Assembly (NCBI RefSeq): GCF_001194135.2
Contig: NC_068999.1
Coordinates: forward strand, 25,919,368-25,983,367
Source of the DNA: Octopus bimaculoides
Taxonomy: Eukaryota
Direction of reading: 5' to 3'
Length of the DNA stretch: 64,000 bases
Shown piece after piece: positions 12,554 through 25,020 of this stretch. The notes below the pieces were generated by a model that made no database searches, was not told the origin of the DNA, and saw only the letters and a list, made by a program, of their open reading frames with translations. The translations under genes were made by a program, and so were the position numbers. Position 1 is the stretch's first letter, and each line of letters begins with the position of its first letter.

Positions 12554-12925
12554 ATATATGCCTGTATATGTATGTAACTATGTGCATGCATCTGTGTATT
12601 TTGATGCATATATGTATATTATAGATGGCCTAGTATGGGTATATACTGTTGCAAAAAATATTTATGTAATGCAGCGTGAAAATTTTAATTTTAATGTATT
12701 AATTGACTTATATTTCATATACAATTATTTACAATATGTATTTTGAATCTACTCTTCGATTTAAGGTTTTTTTCGATTTTACAATAGGATGAACTTATAT
12801 TAAATTCATTTATTTTGTTCATTGCATGCTTAAGACTGTTAATTGAAAGGACCAATGAAACAAATCCATTTTTAAAGGTGTATCTTTTAACTAGTTTTGA
12901 TTATATCGGTTCTATTTTAACAAAA

Positions 12926-12963
12926 TTGTCCGATGAATGGGAACGTGAAACTCTGAGTAACAG
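12926..12963 (+). ncRNA. Minimal type-I hammerhead ribozyme motif (Naiad-associated)
   Basis: UUGU-CCGAUGA-AUG(GGAA)CGU-GAA-ACUC(U)GAGU-A-ACAG: stem I UUGU/ACAG, stem II, stem III ACUC/GAGU and GUA triplet. One core deviation (U4C). Confidence 0.72.
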
Positions 12964-13139
12964 CTTTCATTATATTTATGGTGCCTTTAAATAAAGTAAA
13001 TATATATATATATACACAAGATGCTGTGAATAGATTGTCATCTCAATTGCACAAAAATGGAAATAACACTGACGTCTCATTTTTAAAGATATATTAACCA
13101 AAATTACATTAAAATATTTTGAAATACTAAAGAGTAAAT

Positions 13140-14204
13140 TTATTCAATAAAATCGTCATTGGCTTCAATCATGGCCTCCAGATGACTCTGTAATCTCCTG
13201 CAACGCTTCTGGATGGTCTCCTTGTTTAATTTGATGAATGCTGCCATAATCCTTGCCTTCAGTTCATCTTTGGTGTTACAAGGAGTTTTGTTGGTCTCTT
13301 GCTCAGCTGTGCCCCCCACATAATAATCATGGGAATTGCAGTCTAGAGAGTTAGGTGGCCAGATATTAGGGGTGATATGGTCACAGAAATTTCCTGACAG
13401 CCATGACTGGGTTCTCCTGCTTGTGTGGCATGGTACAGTGTGCTGTTGCCAGACACAGGGTCTTTCAGCAGCCACCCTATTGACCCAGAGTAATACTACC
13501 TCCTCCAGGCACTTGATGTAGGCTTCTGTGTTGAGTCTGAGGCCATTTGGAAAGATGAACGGAGGCATAATGTCACCATCACTAGTGATCACTCCAAACA
13601 TCATGATGTCAACTGGATGTTTGATTTTTATCACTCTCAGTACATGTCTTGGGGACATGGCAAGCCAACAATTGTTCTGTATGTTCACCATCTGATCCTG
13701 GCAGAAATTTTTCTCATCTGAGCAAAACCAAAGTATGATCAGTTGGAGGGGATGCTTAAGTTTGTTCAAAAGTTTCATAGCATGGTCTTTCCTCCTGTCC
13801 TTGATGGCTTGGGATAAAAATTGGCCCTTTCTCATCTTGTATGAGGAATACCAAATGTCTTCATGCACTACCAGCCTGATTAGAAACTCAGACATTCCCA
13901 TGCCTCTGGTGATGGATCTGATTGACTTGAAGGGATTGTTGTCAATCTCACCAACAAATTCAGGAGTTCTTTTCTCATCAGAACCATCAGAGTGAGTTTT
14001 CTGAGCTGTCGTACCTTCATAATCACCATTAGACTCATCCAACTCTTTCTGAATCCTCTGCACTGTCTTGAGATTAACATCCAAACACTCTGAAATGTTC
14101 ATATTGGAGCTTCCAGCACAAATACCAAGCAGTACAGCATGTCGTTTCCAAATTTCTGACAGTGAATTCATCACGGTGCTGCTTTTCTCATAGGCAATAC
14201 CCAA
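13140..14204 (-). mobile_element. Tc1/mariner DD37D (maT-like) transposase, stop-free ORF with mutated catalytic residue
   Basis: 354-aa ORF with an HTH-like N-terminus, WFCSDEKNF, VWQQH(D)...WPPNSLDCNSHDY. 37 residues separate catalytic positions 2 and 3, and the second Asp is His. The left end at about 13012 adjoins (TA)n and the right TIR is degraded. Confidence 0.88.
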
Positions 14205-14429
14205 CTGACCCTACTATATTGTGTAGTTGACAAAACAAAAACAATGTACATGCGCAAAATAATAAAAATATAAAATGGCAGTTTCACCAATTACTTTCAT
14301 ACTTGTCATGTATGAATAATTTGACCTCGGACATATTATAGGGTCTTCATTTGATTTTTTTATTAAAAAATTTTAAAAATAAAAAATACTGCTTGTTATA
14401 TTACATTCATGTCTTTCAAAGATTTTAAT

Positions 14430-14470
14430 ATTTTTGCTTCCGGTTGTCTAGTGTCAGTGACGTAACTTAT
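14430..14470. promoter_or_regulatory. Possible promoter/enhancer motifs (ETS-like CTTCCGG, CRE-like TGACGTAA)
   Basis: gcttccggttgtctagtgtcagtgacgtaac lies near a segment (14700-15100) that retains many CpGs. Motif match only. Confidence 0.25.
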
Positions 14471-15974
14471 CTCTTTATGTATATCTCTCTATCCATCTTT
14501 CTCTATCTATCTCTATCTCTCTATCTATATCTCTTGTTTTCACTTTTATTTTACAGACCCTATTCTTTTCACTTTCAATTTTTATATGCCATTGTTTAAT
14601 TTCCATGTTATTGTTTTCACTGTAAGTCTAAGTTTTAAATCACTATTTACAAACAAACAACAAATTACTGATGTAAGTAATTTCATAATTTACTGACAGA
14701 AGTATCTTCCTAAATTTCACTTCAACCCATACGGTCTTGTGTTTTCCTGTTGTTGACGGTTTCTTTCTGGTTCCTTCGATACTGGCTCTTTGGTTCACTG
14801 ACAAATTTCCCTTCGACCCCTACAATACTCTCTTTTCCGTTAAAATTTCTTATTTACTTTCTGCCCATCATATTAAGAACTACAGATTTCTGCCTCCTGA
14901 CATAATTTCCATGATCATAACTTTCAGAATTATGGATATTTTTTAATAAAATTTTCTACGAATATATGTTCTATCATGTCAATGATAGACGCAAGTCTAC
15001 TTCAATTTGTCTTAACTTTCAAGAAAATGGATACTTCTTGAAAAAGGTTTCTCAATGTCAACTTCTGGTATTGACATAAGAATGGCGAAGTCTGTCCCTG
15101 TCTAAATTTTAATGTTTTCATTTCAAGTTTTAATTCACTATTTGTAAACAACTACAATAAATTACTGAAAGAAATATTTACTAAGCTCACAATTTAAATA
15201 TTCAGTACAAGACACTATTCAATGTGCTTCTATTTATACGATTTATTCATTTATTCATTCCATCCCCATCTCATTCATTGTATGCAAGATTCTCTCTCTC
15301 TCTCTCACACACACACACTCCAGGTTTGATTTCTTTATTACACAAATATCACGTTAAAATTTTGCAATTAAACATGTGGCACCCCCAAAATATGGGCATT
15401 ATTTTGCTGAAACTCGCATAATTTGTTTATTTACGTAAAAAGATTTTATTTATTTTCTTTTTCACACTGTGTTCAGCTCTATGTATTTATAAGTCACACA
15501 CGCACACATGTTTTTGTATGTGTTTTTATACATATATGTATGGTGTGTGCGTCTATGTGTGTGTGAGTGAAGGGGTGTGCTGCCATGTATTCGTACATAC
15601 ATAAATATATATGCATACATCTTTTCTGTATGTATGCATATGTGAGAGGGAGTGTGATGTCTAAGTAGCACTTTCTCTCTCTCTCTCTCTCTCACACATA
15701 CATACAAGAAAGATGTATGCCTATTATTTATGTATATATGACAACACACCCCTTCACTCACTCTCTCTCTCTCTCACACACATGCACACCTCCATTTCAT
15801 CTGTGGTTTGATACTGTATATATATATGTATCTGTGTGTGTGTGTGCGTGCGGGCAGTGTTCCACAATTGTCAAAAAAAAGCAGAGGAATTTTCTTTCTT
15901 GATGTTCCTAGTGGCACACATAAAACATTTGTTACATTACTTCTCTCCAAAGTAAGGTAACAAAAAAAAAATTT

Positions 15975-17277
15975 GCAGTTGTTGTACCATTGTCTGGTTT
16001 TGCTGCCACCATTCTCACAGGAGGACGAACAGCTCATTCTGCTTTTAAATTACCACTAAACCTGGTCACAAGTGACAGTCGAATTTGTAACATAAGCAAA
16101 GATTCAGGTTCAGCAAAAGTGTTGTGCCAATGCCACCTTATCATTTGGGATGAATGCACCATGTCACATAGAGGTGCAATGGAAGCTCTTGGTAACACCT
16201 TACAGGACATCAGAGGCAACAATAAATTTATGGGAGGAGTTACATTACTTTTATCAGGAGAATTCAGACAGACATTACCAGTCATTCTGAGACAAACAAG
16301 ATGAAATAACAGAATGGAATAAAGTACTGAAATTCTCCTGCAATACTAACGTGCCAGCTTCATTACATGGGGACCAATGTGCAAAACAGTTTTCAACCTG
16401 CCTCTTCCAATTAGGAAATGGGAAAGTACCACTTGATGGGAATGGTAATATCAGTTTGGCTCATATTGCTATCATGATGAATTCCCCAACTGAATTGAAG
16501 AACAGAGTATGACCAGACTTAAGTGATAATTATAATTCACATAAATGGTTGTGTGAAAGGTCAATTCTTAATCAAAAAAATGAGACAGTAGCAAGAATTA
16601 GCCATCTAATTAATGAATAAGATTCCAACAATTATTAAGAAGTACAAATCAGTTGATTCAGTCCTTGATGAAAATCAAGCTGTCCATTACCCAACAGAGT
16701 TCCTTAATTCTCTTGAGCCACCTGGAATTCCTCCACAAACTTTTTCTGAAGGTAGGAGTCCCAATAATGCTTCTAAGAAATTTAGATCCTCCTAAATTAT
16801 GCAATGGGACAAGGTTGATTGTGAAGACATTATCACCTAATGTGACAGAAGCTACCATCATCACTGGATGTGCCTCTGGAGAAGAGGTTTTCTTCCAAGA
16901 ATTCCAATCAATCCAACAAATATGCCCTTTGAGTTCCAACAAACACAATTCCCAGTGCGACTTGCTTTTGCAATGTCTATTAATACAACTCGAGGTCAGT
17001 CTTTGAAATCTACTGGCTTGATTTTCTCATGGTCAACTTTGTTGGTTGCTCCCGGGTAGATAGTTTGCAAGACTTGTTTGTCTATTCTCCAAACCAGAAA
17101 ACAAAAAATGTTGTTTACCCAGAAGCTCTGGTATAATCCCTTCAACGTATGTGGTAGAATTTATCTCCTTTCATAAAAGTGGTAAATTTTGTATTTTTGT
17201 TTATTATGATTATTATTATTTTTTTTTTTCATTGTTATTCTTCCAAAATGTAAGGAAAAATTTCATTCCCGGGCAAG
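15975..17277 (+). mobile_element. Helitron 3' fragment (PIF1-like helicase), degenerate
   Basis: [81 protein letters not shown]. Ends at cccgggcaa, resembling a truncated Helitron 3' hairpin. Confidence 0.9.
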
Positions 17278-17308
17278 TTAAAATCAAAAATAAGTAATTT
17301 GTACTCAC

Positions 17309-17350
17309 TAAGATCGCCACTAACATCTTGATCAAACTGCATAAACTGAC
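17309..17350 (-). CDS. AIF1: AIF1/Iba1-like, internal exon C (42 nt, EF-hand 1 loop)
   Basis: ttgttgcag|GT CAG TTT ATG CAG TTT GAT CAA GAT GTT AGT GGC GAT CTT A|gtgagt = (S)QFMQFDQDVSGDL. Phase 1 to 1. Confidence 0.92.
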
Positions 17351-17889
17351 CTGCAACAAATATAGATATTTTATTGCAAGATATTAAAAAACAAAGTATG
17401 GTAATTATTTTCACCTTAATTATTGCTATTACTATGATGCTAATGTTTTAATTATAAATATGATATTTAGTTAGCATTTGTTCATCTTGATATATTACTG
17501 GTTTGTCGAAATGATGTCAATTATATTAGTTCTGAATAATATTGATGTATAGATGTCAATAGTACTTTCTGAATTAGCATCAATTTGATATTTTTAATCT
17601 TTTTTTTCCCCCTATGGTATACCTCTTGAATCATTTATATCAATAATTATGAGTATCTTTAAAATTCATCCATATAACTATGGATAGTTTAATTAATTTT
17701 TCAAAGCTTATTATTAAAAAAACTATGACAACTATAAACCTTTCCAAGTTTCACTTTAAATTTATGTACATCAAACTCTACAGATACCAGTTTCCAAGAT
17801 CTTGCATCAAGAATCTGATTTTAATCATTAAATCTGAAGAGTTTGTGGAAGGATTCTTCAAAAAATCAGAAAAATTCTCAGTGTTAGCA

Positions 17890-18105
17890 TATTGGTTTCA
17901 AATTTTGGCACAAAGCCAACTATTTTAGGGGAAGGGTAAGTTGATTAGATCAAGCCCAGTACTTAACTAGTACTTATTTTATCGACCTTGAAAGGATGAA
18001 AGGCAAAGTCAATCCCAACAGAATTTGAACACAGCACATATAAAAGGATGAAATGCCACTAAGCATTTTGCCTGGTGTGCTAACAATTCTGCCAGTTCAT
18101 ACCTT
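17890..18105 (-). mobile_element. tRNA-derived SINE family D (Deu/Nin-like core)
   Basis: The reverse complement contains gactttgcctttcatcctttc.aggtcgataaaataagtac, resembling the Deu/Nin SINE core as I recall it. Many copies occur in the window. Confidence 0.75.
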
Positions 18106-18187
18106 ATTAAATGTTACAAATATTGTCAAATCTTTTCACGGTGATACGAGAGCATGTTGTAATTGATTAAATGGTGGAATGAGGTAA

Positions 18188-18395
18188 TATTGGTTTCAAA
18201 TTTTGACACAAGGCCAGCAATTTGGGTAGAGAGGGTAAGTTGATTACATCAACCCCTGTGTGCAGCTGGTATTTATTTTATCAACTTCAAAAGGATGAAT
18301 GTCAAAGTCAGCAGAATTTGAACTCAGAACATAAAGACAAAATGCCCCTAAGCATTTAACCCAGCACGCTAATGATTCTTCCAGCTTGCTGCCTT
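18188..18395 (-). mobile_element. SINE family D
   Basis: Homologous to 17890-18105 from head to tail. Confidence 0.75.
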
Positions 18396-19025
18396 AAGCA
18401 TGAGGTAATATTAAAAGAGCTCTGTACCAAAATTACTGAAATGTTTTATTCTTGACATTTAAGGGAATCAGATTTGTTATTGACAAGGTGATATTTACAC
18501 GTGTTCAATCATTGTATTCTAAAATTATCTATCTGGGAGCCAATCTCTATTGGAAATGGTTTATATTGGATACCTCTAACAGGCATTGAGCTTTTGCAAA
18601 ACTGTTATAGTTTAAATTTCCTATGAGTTTAGGAGGTTTCCTTCAGCACTGAACTGAAGACTTACAACAGATATGATTCCATTCAAGGGTCTAGAGGCCA
18701 AAAGAATTTTAAAACCTAAATGAAAACTAACAACCTAAGTTTTTGCATCACAATGTCATCCCAAATATCATTTGTTAGAAAATATCTATATATAATTTTG
18801 CTTGTAAATATAAATGAAGATGAGATCCATAAGGTAACTTTTGTAGTGGTTAGAATAGTGTTTAAATAAGAAAGAGTTTATAACGTTACCACAATATTTC
18901 CTGTTATTCATATATTTCAGTTAAATCTATATAGTAGACATCGTCAGTTGCTAAGGGATTAAAAATAATCTACCTATGATAAATATACCCAAAATTGTTC
19001 AAAATGAAAATATAAAATATCTTAC

Positions 19026-19092
19026 TTTTATATCGTATAAGTTTTTCTTCAAGATCTTCTATATCTTTGTATGCTATATCATCCAGAAATTG
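19026..19092 (-). CDS. AIF1: AIF1/Iba1-like, internal exon B (67 nt)
   Basis: tttttacag|CAA TTT CTG GAT GAT ... CGA TAT AAA A|gtaag = QFLDDIAYKDIEDLEEKLIRYK. Phase 0 to 1, in frame with neighbours, similar to AIF1 QFLDDPKY...EDL. Confidence 0.92.
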
Positions 19093-19454
19093 CTGTAAAA
19101 ATATGATTTAAAAAAAAAAAGTATATAAAACCACAGGTTTCTTATTAGCTTTAGAATTTACTACAGTAAAAGGCAAGAAACAAAAGATTAAGACAGGAAA
19201 ATCTTGGAGGGCAGGTGTATAAGTTTAGAATGTTAACTTGGAAGATGCAATAGTATCATAAAGCTAGGATGCTAACTTTTGTGACATGTTCATTAGTTTT
19301 GGTGGGGTTGATTTTAGTTTTGATCACGATGTTCTTGTTGTTGTTATTGGTGGTGAGTGAGTGGTGGGTGATGAGAGGTTGTGGGTTTCTTAAAGATGAG
19401 ACAGTGGTAGCTGCTTTCCATGCCATATCACCTTTAACAAAATCATAAAACATG

Positions 19455-19955
19455 GCCTAGATGCCACAGGCTTCCCTTCCCAGCTCAAGTCAGCAGAGCC
19501 AGACTGGGGGGACAGTGAAAAGCCAGACAGTATGACAATTTTCCTGTTCTGTGGTGGCAGACCCCTCATCTGGGACCTCCAGCTGCAATGCCTTCTTCAG
19601 TGGCAACTTGGTGTGTTCAGCTACCAGTTCAGACTTTGCTACTAGTCAGGCTGAGAAAAGCAAATTATCAAAGTATCAGTTGTTCTCTGATAGGTTTATG
19701 TTTTGAGCCTGTGGCAGTAGAGACCTCTGGTGTTCTTGGCTCCTGGACCACATTGCTGCTCATTGCTATCAGGGCAGAGATGGCTATCCACAAGTGCAAA
19801 CCCCAGGAGTCAGAGTGTCTGTTCTAGTACATCTACCTCACCATCTTCCACGGCAACAACTTTTCCATTTTGTCTACTGGGACCATGAGGCAATTTGAAT
19901 TACAGGAAATCAAGAGAATGTAAGAATTTCATTCTTTTCTACATGAACAATAAAA
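19455..19955 (+). mobile_element. CRE-like non-LTR retrotransposon 3' fragment (restriction-like endonuclease)
   Basis: GFPSQLKSAEPDWGDSEKPDSMTIF...GRPLIWD, AEKSKLSKY, PVAVETSGVLG, HGNN.SIL match the RPDG.T...W...L.WD / K..KY / PxAVET.G pattern. Ends in an A-rich tail. Confidence 0.75.
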
Positions 19956-20002
19956 TTAAAAAATATACTCCAGTTTAACTCTTTAGCATTCAGATTACTC
20001 TG

Positions 20003-20730
20003 CTGTGGGGATGAACCGGAAGAAGAGAGCCATGACGTCAATGGTCAAGGGACTGACCGGAAGAGGAAACGTGAGAAGGGAAGTGCAGGGGGGACAGCAG
20101 AGGGTCATCCTTCTTTGGCTGGCCGAGGCATTGCAAACGGATATGAGGAAACTTGCTCTCAGATTGGAGATAGCAGCTGCTTATTACTGAATGACAGCAG
20201 GGTAGGGCAGGATTGCCAGAATGACTATTATTAGATAGGCACAGATGAGAGAGGAAGGTAGGTGAACCTCTTTTCACTTCCCATGCACAACAAGCTATTT
20301 CGGCAGTTGTGTACAGACATCATTGTCCCCTTGATGTATAATGGCAGTGAAGATAAGGATCGGTAGTGATGTCATCAGACCTTTCTATGGTGAAGGTGAC
20401 GTAGTAGCCTGAATTCAAAAAGTCAAAGTTGTGGCCAGGCTACAAGACATCGAAGATGTAGCGAGCCTCATGGCCCTGTATTTGGAGGGGAGTGCACTGG
20501 CACTGTACCTTGAAATCGATGAAGAAGAACAGCAGAGTGCAGCAAAGATCGATCAGCACTTGAGAGAGGCTTACACAGATGGAGAGTACGCCACTTTTGC
20601 TGGGAACAATCAGATGGAGAGGGGAACAGGTCGACAAATTTGCTGCGGAGGTATGGAGGTTGGTCATGTTGTCTGGTCTTACCAGTGAGGGACAAGCAAA
20701 ATCTGGATGTTGCACCCAAACATAGCACCT
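20003..20730 (+). mobile_element. Gypsy-type LTR retrotransposon remnant (putative 5' LTR plus gag)
   Basis: Begins TGTGGGG and interrupts a piggyBac-MITE end (19975-20002). IRPFYGEGDVVA*IQKVKVVARLQDIEDVASLMALYLEGSALALYLEI is a typical gag N-terminus. Confidence 0.65.
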
Positions 20731-22236
20731 ACTAGTGCATCACTCCTTATCTGTGATATTTTTGGCAAAGCTTATGACAACACTCTTCCCTCAGCCACTC
20801 AACTTTCTAAGATTGACCCCTACTAACTTATTTGTACTGAAAGTTGAAATCCACAATGAACAGTCACTGTATTGAAAATGATAGAAGAAATTGAAGAAAT
20901 CCCTACTACCCCTACTACTGGCATGGGATGGATGGTTTGACAGAATCCAATGAACTGAAGAACTATATCTGTTTTTGGCATGGTTTCTACAGCCAGAGGC
21001 CATTCCTAAAGCCAACCATTTTGCTGTATGTACTACCGGGTGCTATTACCATGGCACCAGCACTAATGAGGTTACCTAGCAACTTGCAAGACTAAAGGGT
21101 CCTCTGTAACTGAGGGAGAATGGGAGATAGATAGAAAAATAGAGTGTATGTGAATGTGCAATGGTTTTAGGCAAGTGGGTTATGTACCGGGTCTCCAAGG
21201 TTATTCCATATTATAAGGGAAAGTATGGGTGGAAGGTGTGGTGGAAGGGAACATGAAAGAGAATATAGATGAAAATCCAGAGAGAGTCATTGAAAAAGAA
21301 GTGTAGGGTGTCATAGAGGTTCGGTCACTAAGATGAGAGGATGTTGATATAGTGGAAAAGACAGTTGGTGAAAAAAAGGCTGAGAGGGAGTTATGACAGG
21401 CAATGGGTAAGTGGTGAGATGGGAGTTAATTGATAGAGTGGGGGAGATGGATGAAAGAAGGAAGGTGGGCACAGATTGAGTGATGAGGTTGGACAAATAT
21501 ACTTTCTCTTACATGTGCCAAGTGAAGGATGGGTAGGTAGAGGGATGGGGCAATATGTAGGGCAACCATTCATACTTTGTGAGCTTCATAAGTGGTGAGG
21601 AGCTAAGAGATAGGAGGGGTATGAGTGATAAAGGGATCAAAGTGAATGGGGAGATGAGTGAAAGAAGGAAGGTGATTAACAAGTATATAAGATAGGAGGG
21701 GTAGATAAGGTGGCAGCAAACATATACTCGTCAGGATACAAATATATGCATATATATATTCCAACATGTCTATATGCTTAAGTATCCCCAAATATATTTC
21801 AATCAAACAATGCAATCACAACAATCCAGAAACTTCTGATAATACCTCATAACTATAGATTGTGTATATATATGCATGCATGTTTGTATAAATGTGTATA
21901 TATGTATTCCATTATGTGTACATGTGGGTGCTGATAGGAATGATAATGTACATAATTATCTTAAGATGAAGTCAGAACAAGATTATTTAAACAATCTGCC
22001 TATCTGTTTTAGATAAAGTTGGAACTTGAGGCAAGGCTTTCACTCAAGCTTAATATAACTACCACAAAAATACAAATTAAGGATACTTTAATGTTGTATT
22101 GACAAACAGAATATTAACCCTTTAGCATTTAGATTAAACTGTATTATAATCCTTATTTATTGACATTGTTTTAAATTAATCAAGTATTATCTTGTACCTT
22201 CAAGATTTTGATGATGTGGTTGTATATTTTTAGTAT

Positions 22237-22473
22237 GGTGGCACACCATTTGAGTGTGGCCGTTGCCAGTACCGCCTGACTGGCCCTCGTGCCGGTGGCA
22301 CGTAAAAGCACCCACTACACTCTTGGAGTGGTTGGCATTAGGAAGGGCATCCAGCTGTAGAAACTCTGCCAGATCAGATTGGAGCCTGGTGCAGCCATCT
22401 GGTTCGCCAGTCCTCAGTCAAATCGTCCAACTCATGCTAGCATGGAAAGCGGACGTTAAACGATGATGATGAT
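22237..22473 (+). mobile_element. RTE-type 3' tail repeat (family C) ending in (GAT)n
   Basis: gccagtaccgcctgactggc...ggttggcattaggaagggcatccagctgtag...catgctagcatggaaagcggacgttaaacgatgatgat. No tRNA head. Confidence 0.85.
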
Positions 22474-22546
22474 TGTAAGGTAGATGTAAAAGACCCAATT
22501 TGGCTGATTTGAACATAAAACAGGTAGAATATTTTAGCCAGTTTAA

Positions 22547-22764
22547 CCCTTTAGCATTCAGATTACTCTGTCAAATGTAATGCTTATTTATTCACATTGT
22601 TTTGAATTAACCATGTATTATCTCATAGATTTGAGATTTTGATGATGTGTGATTATTTGATGAATGACAGTGTAGAGTAGGTGTGAGAAATCAGATCTGT
22701 CCTATTTGAACATAAAACAGGTAGAATATTTTGGCAGGTTAAGGCCAGTTTGAATGTTAAAGGG
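22547..22764. mobile_element. piggyBac-type MITE (inner, complete)
   Basis: TTAA|ccctttagcattc ... gaatgttaaaggg|TTAA, with TIRs and TTAA target-site duplication. Confidence 0.88.
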
Positions 22765-23465
22765 TTAAGTGCTAAATGGTTAATTACACTGGTCAACAAG
22801 TATTTTTTATCAAGCATATATCAAGGTGTACTTAGTGTAGTTTTTAATGCTGATTTCAAATATACAATTAGTTTTTGACATCACGTACAGTTTTCAAGAT
22901 GAGAAAGTTTTTTTGATTTTAGATCATGCATTATATAGAAATTCCAATTAATGACGTGTATGCATGTATTTCATTCACATCATAGAAACATACCTTTAAA
23001 ATAAACTGCATTATTCATTGCTGCATAGTTCAGATGGAATATTTCATCATCTTAAATTGACCAATCAAGTTTTGTCTGATGAAATAGGTACTTCAACATC
23101 TCAAATTGTCCAGTCATAATTGGTCTGATGAAATATTTCATCATCTCAAATTCAATAGAAGTATAACCATTTGTATCTATTTCCTTACTTGTTTTACAGT
23201 GTCAACAATGTCAAGGCAGTGTAGAAATCGTCCTGTGTTATGTCTGTGGACAATTTATTGTGAAAGCTCAAAAACATACAATAACACCAGAGATCAAGAA
23301 GATTTATAAGCTATACTTGGACTGTCCTCTTGGAGATCAGGACAAGTTATGGGCACCACATTTTATCTGTTCAGCTTGCTCAAATGGCTTACATGACTGG
23401 TTTAATAAGAAGTCCATACCTTTTGCCATTCCAATGATATGGAGGGAGCTGAAAGACCATTTTAA

Positions 23466-24339
23466 TGGCACAATTTGTCTCTTGCTCTATTGCATGCCAA
23501 TATGCAACCCAACCAATTGCAGCCTTCAAATAAGGTCACGTGAGATAGTCTCTTCTAAACCTCAGTTTGAGCCGACTGCTCACTATAAAACTCTAGCTTC
23601 ACATCGAGTCGATGTCTTTCAGTTCCAGACGTTTTGAGGTCTAGCCACTGACCACACAGGACACAGCCAGTTCCAGCGACAACACAACAGCAGCCACATG
23701 AAGACTCATCAACTTCGTCCAGCAGCATTCGAGGACCTCCATCTCTGTAGTCAGCATTTGTCCTAACATCAACATCATCTCTCTACGTACACAACAACCA
23801 GCAACACTCGCACAGGTTCCAACACAACACTGTGAATCACTTCACCATGGTTAACAGCAAATACAACCTGCAAGAACTCCTGTAACAAGTGACCGGCAGC
23901 AGCATCGTATCCACGACTTCACGTATGACATGTACCTCAACTGGCTCTGCATTACAGACACAACTTCTTGATACAGCATTTCAACTATTGTGTATCTTGA
24001 CTACAAACTGGTATTTATCATCCTTGTGTGTGAACATTCTTCTAATGTCATATTATAGACTCTTTCAATGCTCTGTACTTAACGCTCATGCATACATCCA
24101 TACCTATGCACACACACACTTTGTTCTCATGATGGCCTGTCTATTATTATGTATACATGATGCACCACAGATACACATGTTAACCTATCAATAAAATCTT
24201 CTCTTAAACAGTCTACCCGGTTGTGTCTCTCTTTTCCTTCTGGCACTTATACACATTTATCCTTTTCATATTTATTGTATCAACCGTGTGATGTACTAAG
24301 AAGCCATTCTCATCACCTCACTTCGCACAGTCATCTACA
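23466..24339 (+). mobile_element. Solo-LTR-like insert replacing the middle of the Chapaev3-like transposase
   Basis: Non-transposase block between ...KDHF and DPCNVLL. TATA-like ctataaaa at about 23582, aataaa at about 24190, starts TG and ends CA. No TSD found. Confidence 0.45.
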
Positions 24340-25020
24340 AGATCCATGTAATGTCCTATTGCCTCTTTTGCACATAAAGCTTGGACTGACGAATCAGTTT
24401 GTAAAGACACTAGGAAAGAGAAACACCAGAGGGTTTGAGTATATTGTAGAAAAGTTTCCCAAAATCACACAGGCAAATTGAAAGAGGGTATTTTTGTCAG
24501 ACCCCCAAATTAGAAAAGTACTCAAAGATGTCAATTTCAAGGCAACACTGGATGAACAGGAACTGCCTGCCTGGAATGCTTTCAATTGGATTTGTGAGAA
24601 TTTCTTTGGCAACAAGAAGGTAATGGACTACAAGGATGGCATCAAGAACCTTCTGAAATGTTACTCAGCCATGGGTTGTCGCATGTCATTGAAAGTTCAC
24701 TTCTTGGACTCCCATCTGGATTTCTTTGCAGATAACCTTGGAGCAGTGTCTGATGAACATGGTGAAAAATTTCACCAGGATGTTAGTGCTATAGAGAAAC
24801 GGTACCAAGGCTTCTGGAATGACAGTATGCTGGCTGACTACTGCTGGACATTTTATCATGATCAACCAGATCAGGAACACCACAGAAAATCCAAATCACA
24901 ATGTTTCTAACTCTGTTGTTCTAACTTTGTCTGTTTTGTCTGACCCATTTTTTTGTGTATTCACTCTTTGGAGAATGATAGTGATGATTTTTAACTCAAT
25001 AAACTCATTTACTTTCTAAA

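Larger units (their letters stand above)
10786..13000 (+). mobile_element. Naiad-like PLE, forward arm: GIY-YIG endonuclease plus long microsatellite-rich 3' UTR
   Basis: DGTSCPLEGKCLEKGIAYRAKV...TYTGASENSFKTRFYSHRNSF*...SLAKYVWELK...TWRILDKA...LCLLEKFYI...LN.R...CRH.TKF, ending at 11227. Extending the UTR to about 13000 is inferred from the hammerhead at 12926. Confidence 0.75.
22118..22779. mobile_element. piggyBac-type MITE (outer) carrying two nested insertions
   Basis: TTAA|CCCTTTAGCATT ... gtgctaaatgg|TTAA, interrupted by an RTE-tail copy (22237-22473) and by a second MITE copy. Confidence 0.8.
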
